64,000 bases of DNA from Octopus sinensis (taxonomy: Eukaryota): NCBI RefSeq assembly GCF_006345805.1, contig NC_043009.1, forward strand, positions 69,440,001 through 69,504,000. The letters are read 5' to 3'. The translations under genes and the position numbers were made by a program. Shown here piece after piece: positions 36,850-49,706 of this stretch (the first letter of the stretch is position 1; each line of letters opens with the position of its first letter). The notes below the pieces were generated by a model, which saw nothing but the letters and a program-made list of their open reading frames with translations, was not told where the DNA came from and did no database searches.

Positions 36850-38760
36850 ACAGGATAGAAAAGACTGTACGAATGAGAACCAGCGCACAGCGCTAGCAAA
36901 TCAATCGACTGAAAATTAAAGTGAGGAGTCACATCACACTACCAAAGTCATCAACACTATTGATTAAGATGAAGAATTTGCGCAGGATCTTGATTCCGAA
37001 CGCCAGAAGCTCGACTGGTAAAAGTACAAAAGAAGAAAGGCAGAGACTATACGAAATGATTGTTCACAAACTGAATGTACTGATTAGAAAGGGGAGCATA
37101 AATTAGCTATATCCGATGATGTAGTCTGTAAGCACGCTTATGGGATAAAATTGCCAACAATGAAAACACTTCGTCAGAAATCTCGGCGACAATGAAAGAT
37201 GGATAAAGTCCAGAAAAAGAAAAGGATTCTCAAGCAACAAATGAAAATCAGATTTTGCTGGAGAAGCCCTGGAAAGATTTGAATTCAAGACACAGCACTC
37301 TCAACAGAGCAGAATCAGAAAGGAGTATAAAGAAGACTCGAGATCGCTTCTTCAGAGACCCGTTTATCAAGAAACGATTCGAGCAGCTAAAGTCTGGAAC
37401 GCTCACAGCGAATAAGGGTACTCTTGAACAATATCTCAAGAAAATTTATTCTAACTCTTATGTGAAGCACCTCTTGGGATCCGGGGCTTGAAGTAGCCAG
37501 AAATGTCACTGGAAATGTTCAACAACAAATCACCAACTGAGGGAAATAAGAAAAGTATTTCAGGAAGTCAAAGCCAAGTCATCCTCTGGGGCAAAAGGAA
37601 TTCCTTAACTGCTGTGTAAAAGATGGTCCTATGTTTGGTTTCAAAATTTTTAAGGTCAGCATGGAGGAACCTGAAGATCAGTTATCAGTGGATGATGGCT
37701 GGAACAGACGTCATGTGACATCAATCAGTTCAGGCCAAGATAAGTGAAATACTTCATAGTACTTTATAGGTCAACGAGAAAGAATGTATCCCGGGGATGT
37801 ACAGATGCACAGAGTATGTCTCGATGATTTGACACGCATTCCGAGCACTAGACCAGAGAAGGACTATGATACTGTGTGGCTGGATATGCAAATACCTGTG
37901 GATCAGTCCCATATAAATTGATCCAATTGGCTCTTGAGATGTATCATATCACAGAACATCCAAGAAATGTTGAAAAGGTTCTTTCCCGACTTGATACTCC
38001 ACAAAAGATCTTATAACAGACTGGATAAATCTAAAAGTTGGCATAATAATAGGCTGCGCCATTTCTCCAGTAGTGTTCGTGCTGGCAATGAAATGTTGAA
38101 GGTAGTGATGAGTGGCACATATCTGGTAAATACCGGAAACGAGTAGCGAACGCCTCATCTAAAAACCCTTATGGATAAAACTATTGTTCTATATTTAAAA
38201 GATGAGGAATTATTTACATTTGACAGATACTTGTCCTCATCTTGTTTGTTGTTAACTCAACGTTTCGGCTGATATACCCTCCAGCCTTCATCAGGTATCT
38301 TGGGGAAATTTCGAACCTGGGTTCTCATTCCCAAGGTATTTTTCGATGTTATTATTACTATTATTCAGGTCTCTGCTTGGAATAGAACTTCCAATTTCGG
38401 GGTTAGTAGCCTGCGTTCTTAACCACTACGCCATATAAAGGCTGGAGGGTATATCAGCCGAAACGTTGTGTTAACAACAAACAAGATGAGGACAAATATC
38501 CGTCAAATGTAAATAATGTAAATAATGTACTTTCCTCAAGTAAAGAGAAAACCCACAGGATACAGATGCAGTTAGTTGAGGTGGTCACTTCATCGAGAAT
38601 GAACCTCAAACGTATGAAGCCACGAAGCCTCACTTTAGAAGGAGAAGGTAGGTGATTAGATCTCGCTCACTGCAGCAGTATCCATTCTAGCAGTATCAGA
38701 ACGACCCGCCAGCCTTAGAAGGTGGTTTGATGATTCCTTGAATGAGACAAAAAGGAATTG
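36850..38760 (+). mobile_element. Decayed Hero/NeSL-like LINE, interrupted at 38186-38540
   Basis: WKDLNSRHSTLNRAE...RDRFFRDPF, INQFRP, VWLD..N..GSVP..LI..AL, GI..GCAISP..FVLAM, and RM..K..K.RSL.L after the insert; many frameshifts. Confidence 0.7.
38186..38540 (-). mobile_element. tRNA-headed SINE-like element with hammerhead tail (family A) plus an inverted partial copy of the tail
   Basis: Minus strand: A-box TGGCGTAGTGG (38433-38423), B-box GTTCTATTCC (38388-38379), hairpin cttggg..cccaag, then GATAC-CTGATGA-A-GGCTG-gagggtatat-CAGCC-GAA-ACGT-T-GAGTT. Plus-strand copy 38438-38530 starts at stem II. Confidence 0.8.
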
Positions 38761-38779
38761 AAGCAGCGAAAATGATTTT

Positions 38780-39410
38780 CAGGCCTACCGACATTTCCTG
38801 ATTCATTTTGGCTCCAGTCAACGCTTGTTAGTCCCCAAGAGTGGTTCCGATCACCCCAATGTGCTTTATGTCCAACACAAAGAAGCGAAATTTCATGTCC
38901 TTGTTCGCTTGAGATGACCACCAATATCTCTAGTTTCCAGAGTAGTGGCTCATGAATACACACAGAAGATAACACTGGGAACAACCTTGATGGTCTGAGC
39001 GCACATGATGCTGTTTGATTCTGATAAGTGGCTATTTACCCTAAGCATCGTGCAGATATCGATGTATATTACGGCGATCCAACCACCCGAGACGGAACCG
39101 AAATCGACTGCCGTCAAGAATTGTTGCTCGAATCGATCAAAAGTTTTCGATTCACCTGAGTTGATCAAGACCGCACCCAGGCCAGGTTCCTTGCCTATCC
39201 TCACTGTGATGCATCGCATGCGGTGAAAGTTGTCCTGAATAGGTCTGATTGGGTCTGCTTTTGTTAGCACATCGCAAATCAAACTATTGATGTCAAGTGT
39301 CAACTGCTTTGCTGAACCTTGACCAAAATCTTAGAATCGGTGTTTAGCAGAGTTATAGACCAAAGATTATCATTGAGGTCCCCCTTGTTCGGGACTTTCT
39401 CCTGAATCTC
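38780..39410 (-). mobile_element. Tx1/L1-like reverse transcriptase fragment
   Basis: ITLLNTDSKIL, RPIQDNFHRMR, ESKTFDR, FG....GWI, NSHLSE, RQG(C)SQC, EPLLWKL. Confidence 0.8.
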
Positions 39411-39789
39411 TTCCGATCCTCAACTCTCAGAACACTGTCTTTTTAAAACAATTGTATACAGAAACCAAAAATAATACTTTTTATAACTCCATGATTCCCA
39501 CACAGAACAAAGAATCACTTTAAATTACTTAACAGTTTATGTTTATAATTGTCTGATTAATGTTCTGCGCATATCAACCATTTATGTATGGCGAATACGA
39601 TTGGTTGCGTAGATGCACGTGTCTTGGTGTATCTCTAACAAATATGCAGAAATAATAAGGACCAGAAAAAATATATACATACAAATATACATAATAATAT
39701 ACAAAAATTATATACTCAAAGCACACGCAGTCCTATGTGTGTATATGTATGCATGAATGTATCTCTCTCTCTGTGTCTCTCTTATATAT

Positions 39790-39823
<34 letters not shown>

Positions 39824-40899
39824 ATATATATATATATAGCGGCGCGCGCACACAGACACAGATACTCAGACACGCGCCCGCGCACACTCCTATATATCAA
39901 CCATCAGCTAGGTGCGCTTCTTGTGTCCAGTCGTCCGCTTGCCAAGACTCCTCCTCTGCTACGCTGCATGTACAGCCAGGTTCTTGTTTCCAGCCCATTT
40001 TTCGACGTCGACAAACGTCTTTAATGACCTTTTGTGGTCTTCTCCTCAATACTTCCTAACAGGATGACCGTGGGTTGGGACCGTGGGTTGGGACTAGTAG
40101 CGAATTGTGTGATCAAAATAAGATAACTTTGCGAACTTCATTCTCGACAATTGGTAACTGGACTTTCTGCGTTTTTAGTATTGCAGCATTTCTTACTATG
40201 TCCTTCCAGCTTATCGTGCCAAAATTGCGATTGATCTACATTTCAGATGCTTCCATTCTCAATAGCTATGTACATTGCCCAACTTCTTGATTCCCAGAGG
40301 ACAGTTTAATACCTCGATTTTAGATACTGAAATGAAAATCTTTACCGTTCTAATAAATGTTGCTTTGCCTTATTCAATCTTTGAGTAATTTGTTCTTTAC
40401 AAAGAACTTTCAGATTTTATTACTTGAAGGTTTCTTACTTGCTCAAATTTCTGTCCATCTTTGCATTTGCCTTTTTGTTCTATATTTGTAGTTTTTTTGG
40501 CATTCATATTTGTACTTTTCTGGTTACCTTACTCTGTTACAAAATCCACATTTTCTTATAATTTCTCATTGCTGAAGTCAATGAGGGACAAATTGGATTT
40601 AGCGCCAGCAGAGCTAAAAGGAATGTCATATTATGTTTCAGTGTTCTAGCACAGAAGCAAAGGCAAGTGAAAAAAGATCTATTTGCTTGTCAAGACATTT
40701 GGCCGTGTACACCACAGGGCGCTCATTACCTGTTTAGGAAAACCGGCTTAGAAGGAAACAAACACCAGAATATCATCTGCGCGTTTTATTTGAACTAAAA
40801 GGTAGCCATCAAAGTAGATCAGGAATTGTGAGAACCAGCGGAGATCAAAAGAGGTCTCAGACACGGACGTGCGTTATCACCATACCTATTTAATATCTA

Positions 40900-41222
40900 C
40901 TAGCACTATGACCCGGCAACGCTGGGTCATGGTGCTAGTGCATGCATATGCAGCTGCGTGCGTGCACACATACACGCGAGTACTGTCCAAATCTCAGACC
41001 AATCACATACAGCTAGCTGGCATTCAATTGGCGTATCAAGTTTCGGGCATTTTCATTGGGTTTTGGATAGAAAATTCACAAAAAGTCACTTCTATTAAGT
41101 TTTTAATGGCTTTGCGGGGTGACTGGGGAAATGTAAAGATGTGCACGACCACCCTTGGACGGTTTTGAATGACCATAGAAAGTGCAAGCCCTCTATCTGA
41201 AAAATTGTGGATTTATATAAAG

Positions 41223-41271
<49 letters not shown>

Positions 41272-41296
41272 TTTGCCGTTTATATATATATAGAGA
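40900..41296 (-). mobile_element. Non-autonomous Helitron (397 bp) with fully palindromic 3' terminus
   Basis: Minus strand begins TCtctatatatatataaacggc (same 5' end as 19139-19522); terminus ctagcactatgacccggc-aac-gctgggtcatggtgctag; A|T target. Confidence 0.85.
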
Positions 41297-42373
41297 TTCT
41301 GAATATATCTTCAGAGAATCAGATGAGATTAAATCGCTCACACTCAATGGTATGAACATAAATAAAACTATACATTCATACACCCCATCTCCAAGCACAC
41401 ACACACATATATATATAACCCTTTTCACACATATACACAAGTACATACACACACACTTATGATGTATGCGAATACTCTGCGTGTATGTGTGTGTCACTGG
41501 ATCAGCATTGGTGAGTGAGCGATAATGTGTGTGTGTGTGTATGTGCACGCTTTGTATACGTGTGCAACGTGTCCGAGTCAACGTGCGCCCTCACATGTGT
41601 GCACGTGCACGTGTGTGCATGTGTGTGTGTGTGCATGTGTGTGTGTGCATGTGTGTGTGTGTGCATGTGTGTGTGTGTGCATGTGTGTGTGTGTGCATGT
41701 GTGTGTGTGTGAACGTGTGTGCAAAGTGAAATTCTCTGCTTAACTAAGAAATCAGTAGATGGGAATAAAACATTAATATACAAAAAAAAAGAAGAGAAAC
41801 ACCGAACCAAATTAGTTTTTTGTTGTTTTTAATTATATTTATTTTTTGCACAATCTTTTATATTATTTCCATTTCTTTTTAAAACTTCACATTTTCAGGG
41901 ATTTAGGCTTGCCTCAATTAATTCTGTTTTTTAATTACCAAAGTTACAAATAATTTCAATAGTCTTCCGATTTTATGTTTTCTTTTTTTTTTTTAAATTT
42001 CAAATTAAAAAAAAATGACATTCTTTTGTTGGGTTCACTCCTTCTGTTGCCCCCAAAACAACAACTTTTAGAGGTGTTTTACATCGCAGATTTGTTTTGT
42101 AGTTTTTTTATTATTTATATTTCGTTTTCCAGAAACAAGGTAACAACTTGTAATATCTTCGTTTTGCTATCTTCTTCTTTTCTTTGTTCTTGTTCATCTT
42201 GTTCTAAATAAGCGCAAGAAGATATTTTTTCGCAGTTTGTATCAAATGTTTGTTTATATCCTTCAATCAAAACACAAAAATTGTTCAACACATCTTTAAA
42301 AAATTGAAAAACAAAACACTGTATCGAATTTCGCAATTTGAAGGCGGGAAGCGGAATAGATGATGATATTTTG

Positions 42374-42424
<51 letters not shown>

Positions 42425-42598
42425 AACACATTTATGTATGTAATTGTTTGTATGCCGTATTATTACATGGCATATATGTAGTAATATTATCACATATTAT
42501 TACAATTAGGATAAGATAATGTTTAACCAATTCATCCTGATAAAAAACAAAATAATTTTGTTGTGACAAAGTTCTGATATAATATAAGGATAGAGTGA

Positions 42599-42707
<109 letters not shown>

Positions 42708-42720
42708 ATGTATGTATATA

Positions 42721-43020
42721 CTGTTGAATCTGGGGAGGGTCATTTTCTTTTTGTGCCTTATAATTTAACACATTCACCGGTAAAATTTCCATTTATTCTT
42801 TATTTTTATTTCCCTAAAATAGTCAGTACTATTGGAAAGGTTGCAAGATGCAACGAAACTTTTAGGAATATAAAAATAAGAAAGAAGTGGAAATTTTTAC
42901 CGTTGAGAGTGTTAAATTATAAGGCACAAAAAGAAAATGTCTCTTCCCAGTCACAACAAAATATGCTTCAACACACGAACTCATATAAAGAATCTTGCAA
43001 ACCAAATCTAAAAACGAAAT
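42721..43020. mobile_element. Second copy of the palindromic hammerhead-like element of 6573-6900, within (TA)n
   Basis: Same arms and tail (atgcttcaacacacgaactc..aagaatcttgcaaacc); plus-strand core CTA-TTGGAAA-G-GTTGCaagatGCAAC-GAAACTTT-TAG. Confidence 0.75.
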
Positions 43021-43151
43021 ATATGCATAAATGTATATATATATGTATGTATATGCATATAGGTATATGCATATATATATGTACATGTGTATGTATATGT
43101 GTATGTATATATGTATGTATATATATATACGTGTATATATATGTATATATG

Positions 43152-43184
<33 letters not shown>

Positions 43185-43236
43185 GTATGTGTATATGTAT
43201 GTATATATATACATGTGTATATATATGTATGTATAT

Positions 43237-43268
<32 letters not shown>

Positions 43269-43568
43269 GTATATGTATGTATATATGTGTATGTATATAT
43301 GTATGTATATATATATATGTGTATGTATATATGTATGTATATATATATGTGTATGTATATATGTATGTATATATATATATGTGTATGTATATATGTATGT
43401 ATATATATATATGTGTATGTATATATGTATGTATATATATATATGTGTATGTATATATGTATGTATATATATATATGTGTATGTATATATGTATGTATAT
43501 ATATATATATATGTGTATGTATATATGTATATATATATATATGTGTATGTATATATGTATATATATAT

Positions 43569-43602
<34 letters not shown>

Positions 43603-43732
43603 ATATGTGTATGTATATATGTGTATATATATATGTGTATGTATATATGTATATATATATATGTGTATGTATATATGTATGTATATATATATGTGTGTGT
43701 GTGTATGTATATGTATATATACATATACAGTA
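43021..43732. repeat. Compound (TA)/(TATG)/(TGTA) microsatellite array
   Basis: Direct inspection; similar arrays at 27660-28022 and 48636-48760. Confidence 0.95.
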
Positions 43733-44129
43733 TAGGTAGTGATAGGTATATTCCCAATGCAGCATTCGTGACGAACTCCTGGCTACCTCCAATCTCGTAC
43801 TGGATCTTTCAAGAAATTCCAAATGCGTCCTCTGGCGCAGGAATTCCAGGTACTCCACTGGCAAGACCATTGTGTAAGTATTTCAATGAATAATGTACAA
43901 TAAAGAAGAAAACGATGAATGCTTATAAGGCAACGTTAATACTCGATACAGCTGTTTCTCGAGTACTTTATCTCCAACCATTTTCCATGCAAATGATTCG
44001 GTGTGAAAAATTATTCAATTTTCCTGGATGAATATTTTGGATTGGCATTTCATCAGACTGGCATTGAGTTGTGTCTGTATTTTGCCGAGAATATGTATTT
44101 GGTGTTACTTATATAGGGAAGGAGCACAA

Positions 44130-45660
44130 GAATAATCACAATAATAATAGTAGGAACCAAGGGAACAAAACGGATGTAGGAAGAGATCTCAGGGTACTAA
44201 GTTTTACCTGGTTATCTATAAGACGGTTTCGAGGCATTGTAGAAAACGTCATACCAACATGTCTAAGGCCTGGATTGACCTTTAGAAGCTATGTAATATG
44301 GTGTCTCATTCTTAGATTGTTGAATGCCTGCAGATGTTTTGATAATATCACTAATTTTCTTCTGAGTAGTATGTTATGGTGAAAGACCAAAGTATACTCG
44401 ATCAATGTATTCCTTGGAAAAGTAGAAATTAAAAAGAGTATCTTTCAAGGTGATTCTTTCTTTTGTTATAGCATTTATGACTATAACACTGATACTTAGG
44501 CAAGTTAAAATTGGGGAAAGAAAAGACCATTCCTAAACAATCTTCTGTTTATGGATGACCTGAAACTGTTTGAGAAGTCCAGATATGTAGCAGCGACATC
44601 AGCATGGAATTTGGGAGTTTCAAATGCTCTGAGCTTAATATGAATAAAGGGAAGAAAGTAATGGATTACGGCTGCCGTTGGGAGAAACCCTTAGGGAATC
44701 AGAAGATAGTAGATACAAGTATTTTGGGATTTTAGAACTGGATGATATTTCACATGAAGAAATGAAAGAAAAGTTTAGAGACCTATTAAAAATCTGAATG
44801 CGAGAAATCTAGTCATTGCAATGAATATCTGGGCAGCTGCAGCGGTTAGATATAATGCACCCCTTCTCAGGTGGACTAAAGAAGAAATACCAAAGTTGGA
44901 TGGAAAGATGAGAAAGTTAATGGCATTGTATGGAGCTTTACATCCTGAAGCAAATATGAATATATTGTACGTGAAGAGAAAGAATAGCGGTCGAGGTGTC
45001 AGCAGTGTGGATTATTGTATAAGGAGTAGAGACCGCTTGCAGAATACTTGATCAAAAGTGACGAAGCATTGTTGCAATATTCTGCAGAAGCTATGGATAT
45101 AAAAAGAGAGGAAATGTTTGATAAGGAAGAATTTAACCAAAGAGTTGAAGAGAAAATATCTTCTGGAAATGAAATGAATGGTTAGAATGGATGAAATAGA
45201 CAAGCTATCAAATATAGCGTAGCATCATGGACATGGCTTAAGCAGGGCGATTTGAAGCTTACCACTGAAATTGCAAAGACTAAGCTTTTGATACCAGTTC
45301 TTTGAAATATAATATCCACAAAACATCTGGCACCCAGAAATGCAAACTTTCTGAAAAGAATGTAACCCACTTGGTGTGTGGATGGGAGAGCCTTGTGAAA
45401 AAAGGGTTCAAGCGCCGCCATGGTAAAATCTGTTTGTATGTTCATTGGCTTTTATGCCGTAGATGCCAATACTAAGTAATAGAGAATTGGTATGAGCATG
45501 TGCCGAGTAGAGTAATGCAGGAGGATGGGGGAACAACGACATTTTGCGATTCTGATTTTTCAGTTTGGTAAAAGAATTGAGCATCGCCAACAGGATATTG
45601 CCTCAGTGAACAAGAAAGACAAATGCCAAATGACATGAATATTGCAAAAATGGAGGAAGA
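44130..45660 (+). mobile_element. Decayed R4/Dong-like LINE (RT to endonuclease)
   Basis: KKSIFQGDS, NNLLFMDDLKLF, YKYFGILE, AMNIWA..VRY..WTKEE..KLD.KMRKLM..GALHP..LY.KRK.SGRG. Confidence 0.85.
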
Positions 45661-45731
45661 AGATCACCAACTACTCCAGATTATTATTATTATTATATTA
45701 TTATTATTATTATTATATTATTATTATTACC

Positions 45732-46205
45732 AGGGCGGCGAGCTGGCAGAATGGTTAGCAGGCTGGACGAAATGTCTAGCGGCATTTCGCTCGTTTTCTC
45801 GTTCTGAGTTCAAATTCCGCCGAGGTTGACTTTGCCTTTCTTCCTTTCGAAGTCGATAAAATAAGTACCAGTTGCGTACTGGGGTCGATGTAATCGACTA
45901 TCCCCCTCTCCCAAATTTCAGGCTTTGTGCCTATAGTAGAAAGGATTATTGTTGTTGCTATTATTGTTATATGTTGTCATTATTATCATTAACAACAACA
46001 GCAACACCAAGAATAATAATAACAATAACAACACAAACAGGGCTTAACAGCATTTCATCCGTCTTTACGTTCTGAGCTCAAATTCTTTCGAGGTCGACTT
46101 TGCTTTCGATCCTTTCGGAGTTGATGAAATAAGTACCAGCTGAGTACTGGGGTCAATGTAATCGACTAGCTCCGAGATTTCCGGCCTTGTGACTATGGAA
46201 AGTGT
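45732..46205 (+). mobile_element. tRNA-derived SINE (45732-45945) plus a 5'-truncated second copy (46040-46200), in (TTA)n
   Basis: Head and central domain as in 21703-21937, but with a different tail (aaatttcaggctttgtgcctatagtagaaagg). Confidence 0.85.
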
Positions 46206-46479
46206 TGTTGTTGTTGTTGTTTTTACCGTGCTTCATTATTGTCCTTGTACTCATTCGTGTGTTTCTTCGCCATGGAAGCAATGTCTCGGCCAAATACAGA
46301 GACACAGTTTAATGCCAGTCTTTAAGGAAGTACCAATCTAAGAGATCCATGCGCACAAATTGCATAATTTCTCACACGGAATCATTTACATGCAAAGTGA
46401 TTAGAGGCGGAATGATACAGAATCAGTTGTAAATTGTATTGAGTACTAAAGTTGGCTTGTATTCATTCTTCGTCTTAAG

Positions 46480-46512
<33 letters not shown>

Positions 46513-46513
46513 G

Positions 46514-46544
<31 letters not shown>

Positions 46545-46553
46545 TATAGAAGG

Positions 46554-46604
46554 AGCTTCTACAGGACTAGTACTGTTTCATTCAAGAGAAATCTTCAGGA
46601 AGCT
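46554..46604 (-). ncRNA. Near-canonical type I hammerhead ribozyme motif within a ~210-bp cassette (46535-46748) bounded by (TA)n
   Basis: AGCUUC-CUGAAGA-u-UUC-ucuu-GAA-u-GAA-ACAG-uacuaguc-CUGU-A^GAAGCU: all core nucleotides, 6-bp stem I, 4-bp stem III, GUA cleavage triplet. Confidence 0.8.
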
Positions 46605-46747
46605 ATTTAACAAGAATTGTATTAGCATTTATACATTTAGGCAGGTTTAAAGGAGTGGTGGTGGGGGACTTTTTTGGGGGTAGGCAGAGCGCAAAATATC
46701 ATACTTGGGGGAGTGGTCAAGGAGTCAGTGGTAAGTTAGATGAAAGA

Positions 46748-46764
<17 letters not shown>

Positions 46765-46788
<24 letters not shown>

Positions 46789-46789
46789 G

Positions 46790-46820
<31 letters not shown>

Positions 46821-46851
46821 GATATATATGTGTGTGTGTGTGTGTGTGTGG

Positions 46852-46892
<41 letters not shown>

Positions 46893-46988
46893 GATATAAA
46901 TATGTGTGTGTGTGTGTGTGTGTGTGGATATAAATATGTGTGTGTGTGTGTGTGTGGATATATATATGTGTGGTGTGTGTGTGTGTGG

Positions 46989-47021
<33 letters not shown>

Positions 47022-47022
47022 G

Positions 47023-47053
<31 letters not shown>

Positions 47054-47082
47054 GATATATATATGTGTGTGTGTGTGTGTGG

Positions 47083-47115
<33 letters not shown>

Positions 47116-47412
47116 GATATATATATGTGTGTGTGTGTGTGTGTGGATATATATGTGTGTGTGTGTGTGTGTGGATATATATGTGTGTTGTGTGTGTGTG
47201 TGTGGATATATATATGTGTGTGTGTGTGTGTGTGGATATATATATGTGTGTGTGTGTGTGTGTGGATATATATATGTGTGTGTGTGTGTGTGTGGATATA
47301 TATGTGTGTGTGTGTGGATATATATATATGTGTGTTGTGTGTGTGGATATATATATATGTGTGTGTGTGTGTGGATATATATATATGTGTGTGTGTGTGT
47401 GGATATATATAT
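46765..47412. repeat. Higher-order microsatellite [(GT)n-GGA-(TA)n] array
   Basis: Direct inspection. Confidence 0.95.
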
Positions 47413-48387
47413 GAATGTATATACATATGTATATTTACATGTGTATATGTCTATTTATAAATATATATATATGCAAGCATGTATACTCACAAAAGAAACT
47501 ATGTGTGTGGTTGTGCATGTATACTTACCAGTATACAATTCATATGTACATATATATATGCATACATACATACATTCTTTCAAATATACATTCTTTCTTA
47601 TATACATACATGCATAATTAAATGCATTGAATTTATTTGTTTACTTTTCGAAGGAAAGCAATATAAGTACATTCCTGTTGGCTGAAATTGCAATTTCTTG
47701 GCGTGATTAGAGAGTTTAGTAAATTCTGTCAATTGTACAAACTGAATGAATGAATGCAAGACACCAAACTCACTCGTGATTATTTGGAATTGGGTGGGAG
47801 CTGAAAAATGTCGACTCAGAAGGACTTTTCATTATAATTTCACTCCGCACATCGAATGCTTTCTTTCCTAGTTTTCAAGTTTTGAAACTAGGACGGCATA
47901 TAGACCTTGTCGAATAAAAAACAAAAGAGGCAAAAATCAAAAAAACAAAAATAGAAACAAACCAAAGCGACCCCCCCCCCCCACCGAAATTTAAATGCGC
48001 TTGCATATGGTTACTTGAACTGCAAGAAGTAGTAGCCAGATCTCCTCCAAATCACACCTCAATGTCAGAAAGAAAAGGATACATCAGATAACTTAGCCCT
48101 ACATGACACAAAAATGAAATGTTTTTGCTGAAACGTCCTCAGAAAATAAGACTGATCTGGGGACAAACAACAAAGGCATCAACACGATTAAAAAAACAAC
48201 AGTAGCAGCAGCAGCGATCCTTTCAGGTTTCGCTACGAATTGATTCGATTATAGCATAACATTGGTCTGCAGAAGAACGACGAAATATTGATAAGCAGCG
48301 GTCAGAATCTGAAGATCGAGAGAAAAGAACTTCTTGATTTCTTTCTGAATTTCTATCATGTCACTTTACCTACCTACCTACCTACCT

Positions 48388-48417
<30 letters not shown>

Positions 48418-48418
<1 letters not shown>

Positions 48419-48632
48419 AATCCTTAATCCTTAAAAATGTTTCAGCCCGAAGGCTGCGGCCATGCTGGGGCATCACCGTTGAATGAGCTACACTAGTATG
48501 TGAAACCACCTCTGATACGTGGCACTTGATCATCAAGGGAGTTCGACGCCGCTGCCCGCATCTGTGTCTCCTGTCGAGAGGTAGGTTTATCTGGAACCCC
48601 CGACAAGAAGAGATCCAGTTTAGTTTTAAAGA
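48418..48632 (-). mobile_element. 5'-truncated CR1-group LINE 3' end, same group as 17690-18500
   Basis: [35 protein letters not shown]; tail gccccagcatggccgcagccttcgggctgaaac. Confidence 0.85.
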
Positions 48633-48726
<94 letters not shown>

Positions 48727-49460
48727 ATATATATATATTATATATATATATATATATATAATCTAATTAGAGGTTGTATTAACCTCATGAGGAGATGGTT
48801 TCATCCAAGAAAATACTGGTTCGATACACACATAGTATGTAAAGGTACATCTTTTTCTTCTCTGAGGATATTATGCTCATGTCGCATAAACGCAAATTGT
48901 ATCCCAACATGGCTGTTGTCCAATGAGTGAAACAAGTAAAAAAGTTTTAAAAACTACATGTATGTATGTGTACACACCTTACATACACATGAAACCTAGA
49001 GAGAGAGCTGTCAAACATATGTAGTAAAACAGTTGCAATTCACTGTGAAAAATCGACAGCCCATAATGGGTGAAATCATGACATCATTTAACGCATGCGC
49101 TGTAGTGATGCTATTGCAAGCATGGTAGGCGTATGTCCTCTTTAGAACTTTTATACGAAATTATGTTCTATCAGTGTTTATTGGAGGCCTTTTCCGAATT
49201 TTTCCTGAGTGACTCGTCCATTAATTACACACAAGACTGCCTACAATTTCTAGTCAGTAACTTTGCATGTAATTATTATAGCTAATCCGAAATTTAAGCT
49301 TGCGTCCATATCTAAATTATTTGTCACCTCAAGATTTATTGTTCGGATCATTTGAATCGACATTGCCTCGGCTTATCATTGATATTATGAATGCCCATAT
49401 ATCTATTATGTGTGTTAATGACATTTGAAACTGTCATTAAAGCTATATGATATACTCGCG

Positions 49461-49542
<82 letters not shown>

Positions 49543-49654
49543 TATACGTGTGTATGTTGGATGTATAAAATGTAGGTGTATAGCTAGATAGATGAATAAA
49601 AGCCAATTTTTCCATATGAATAACTTCGTCAGTACGAGTGTTTGTATATACGAC

Positions 49655-49706
<52 letters not shown>

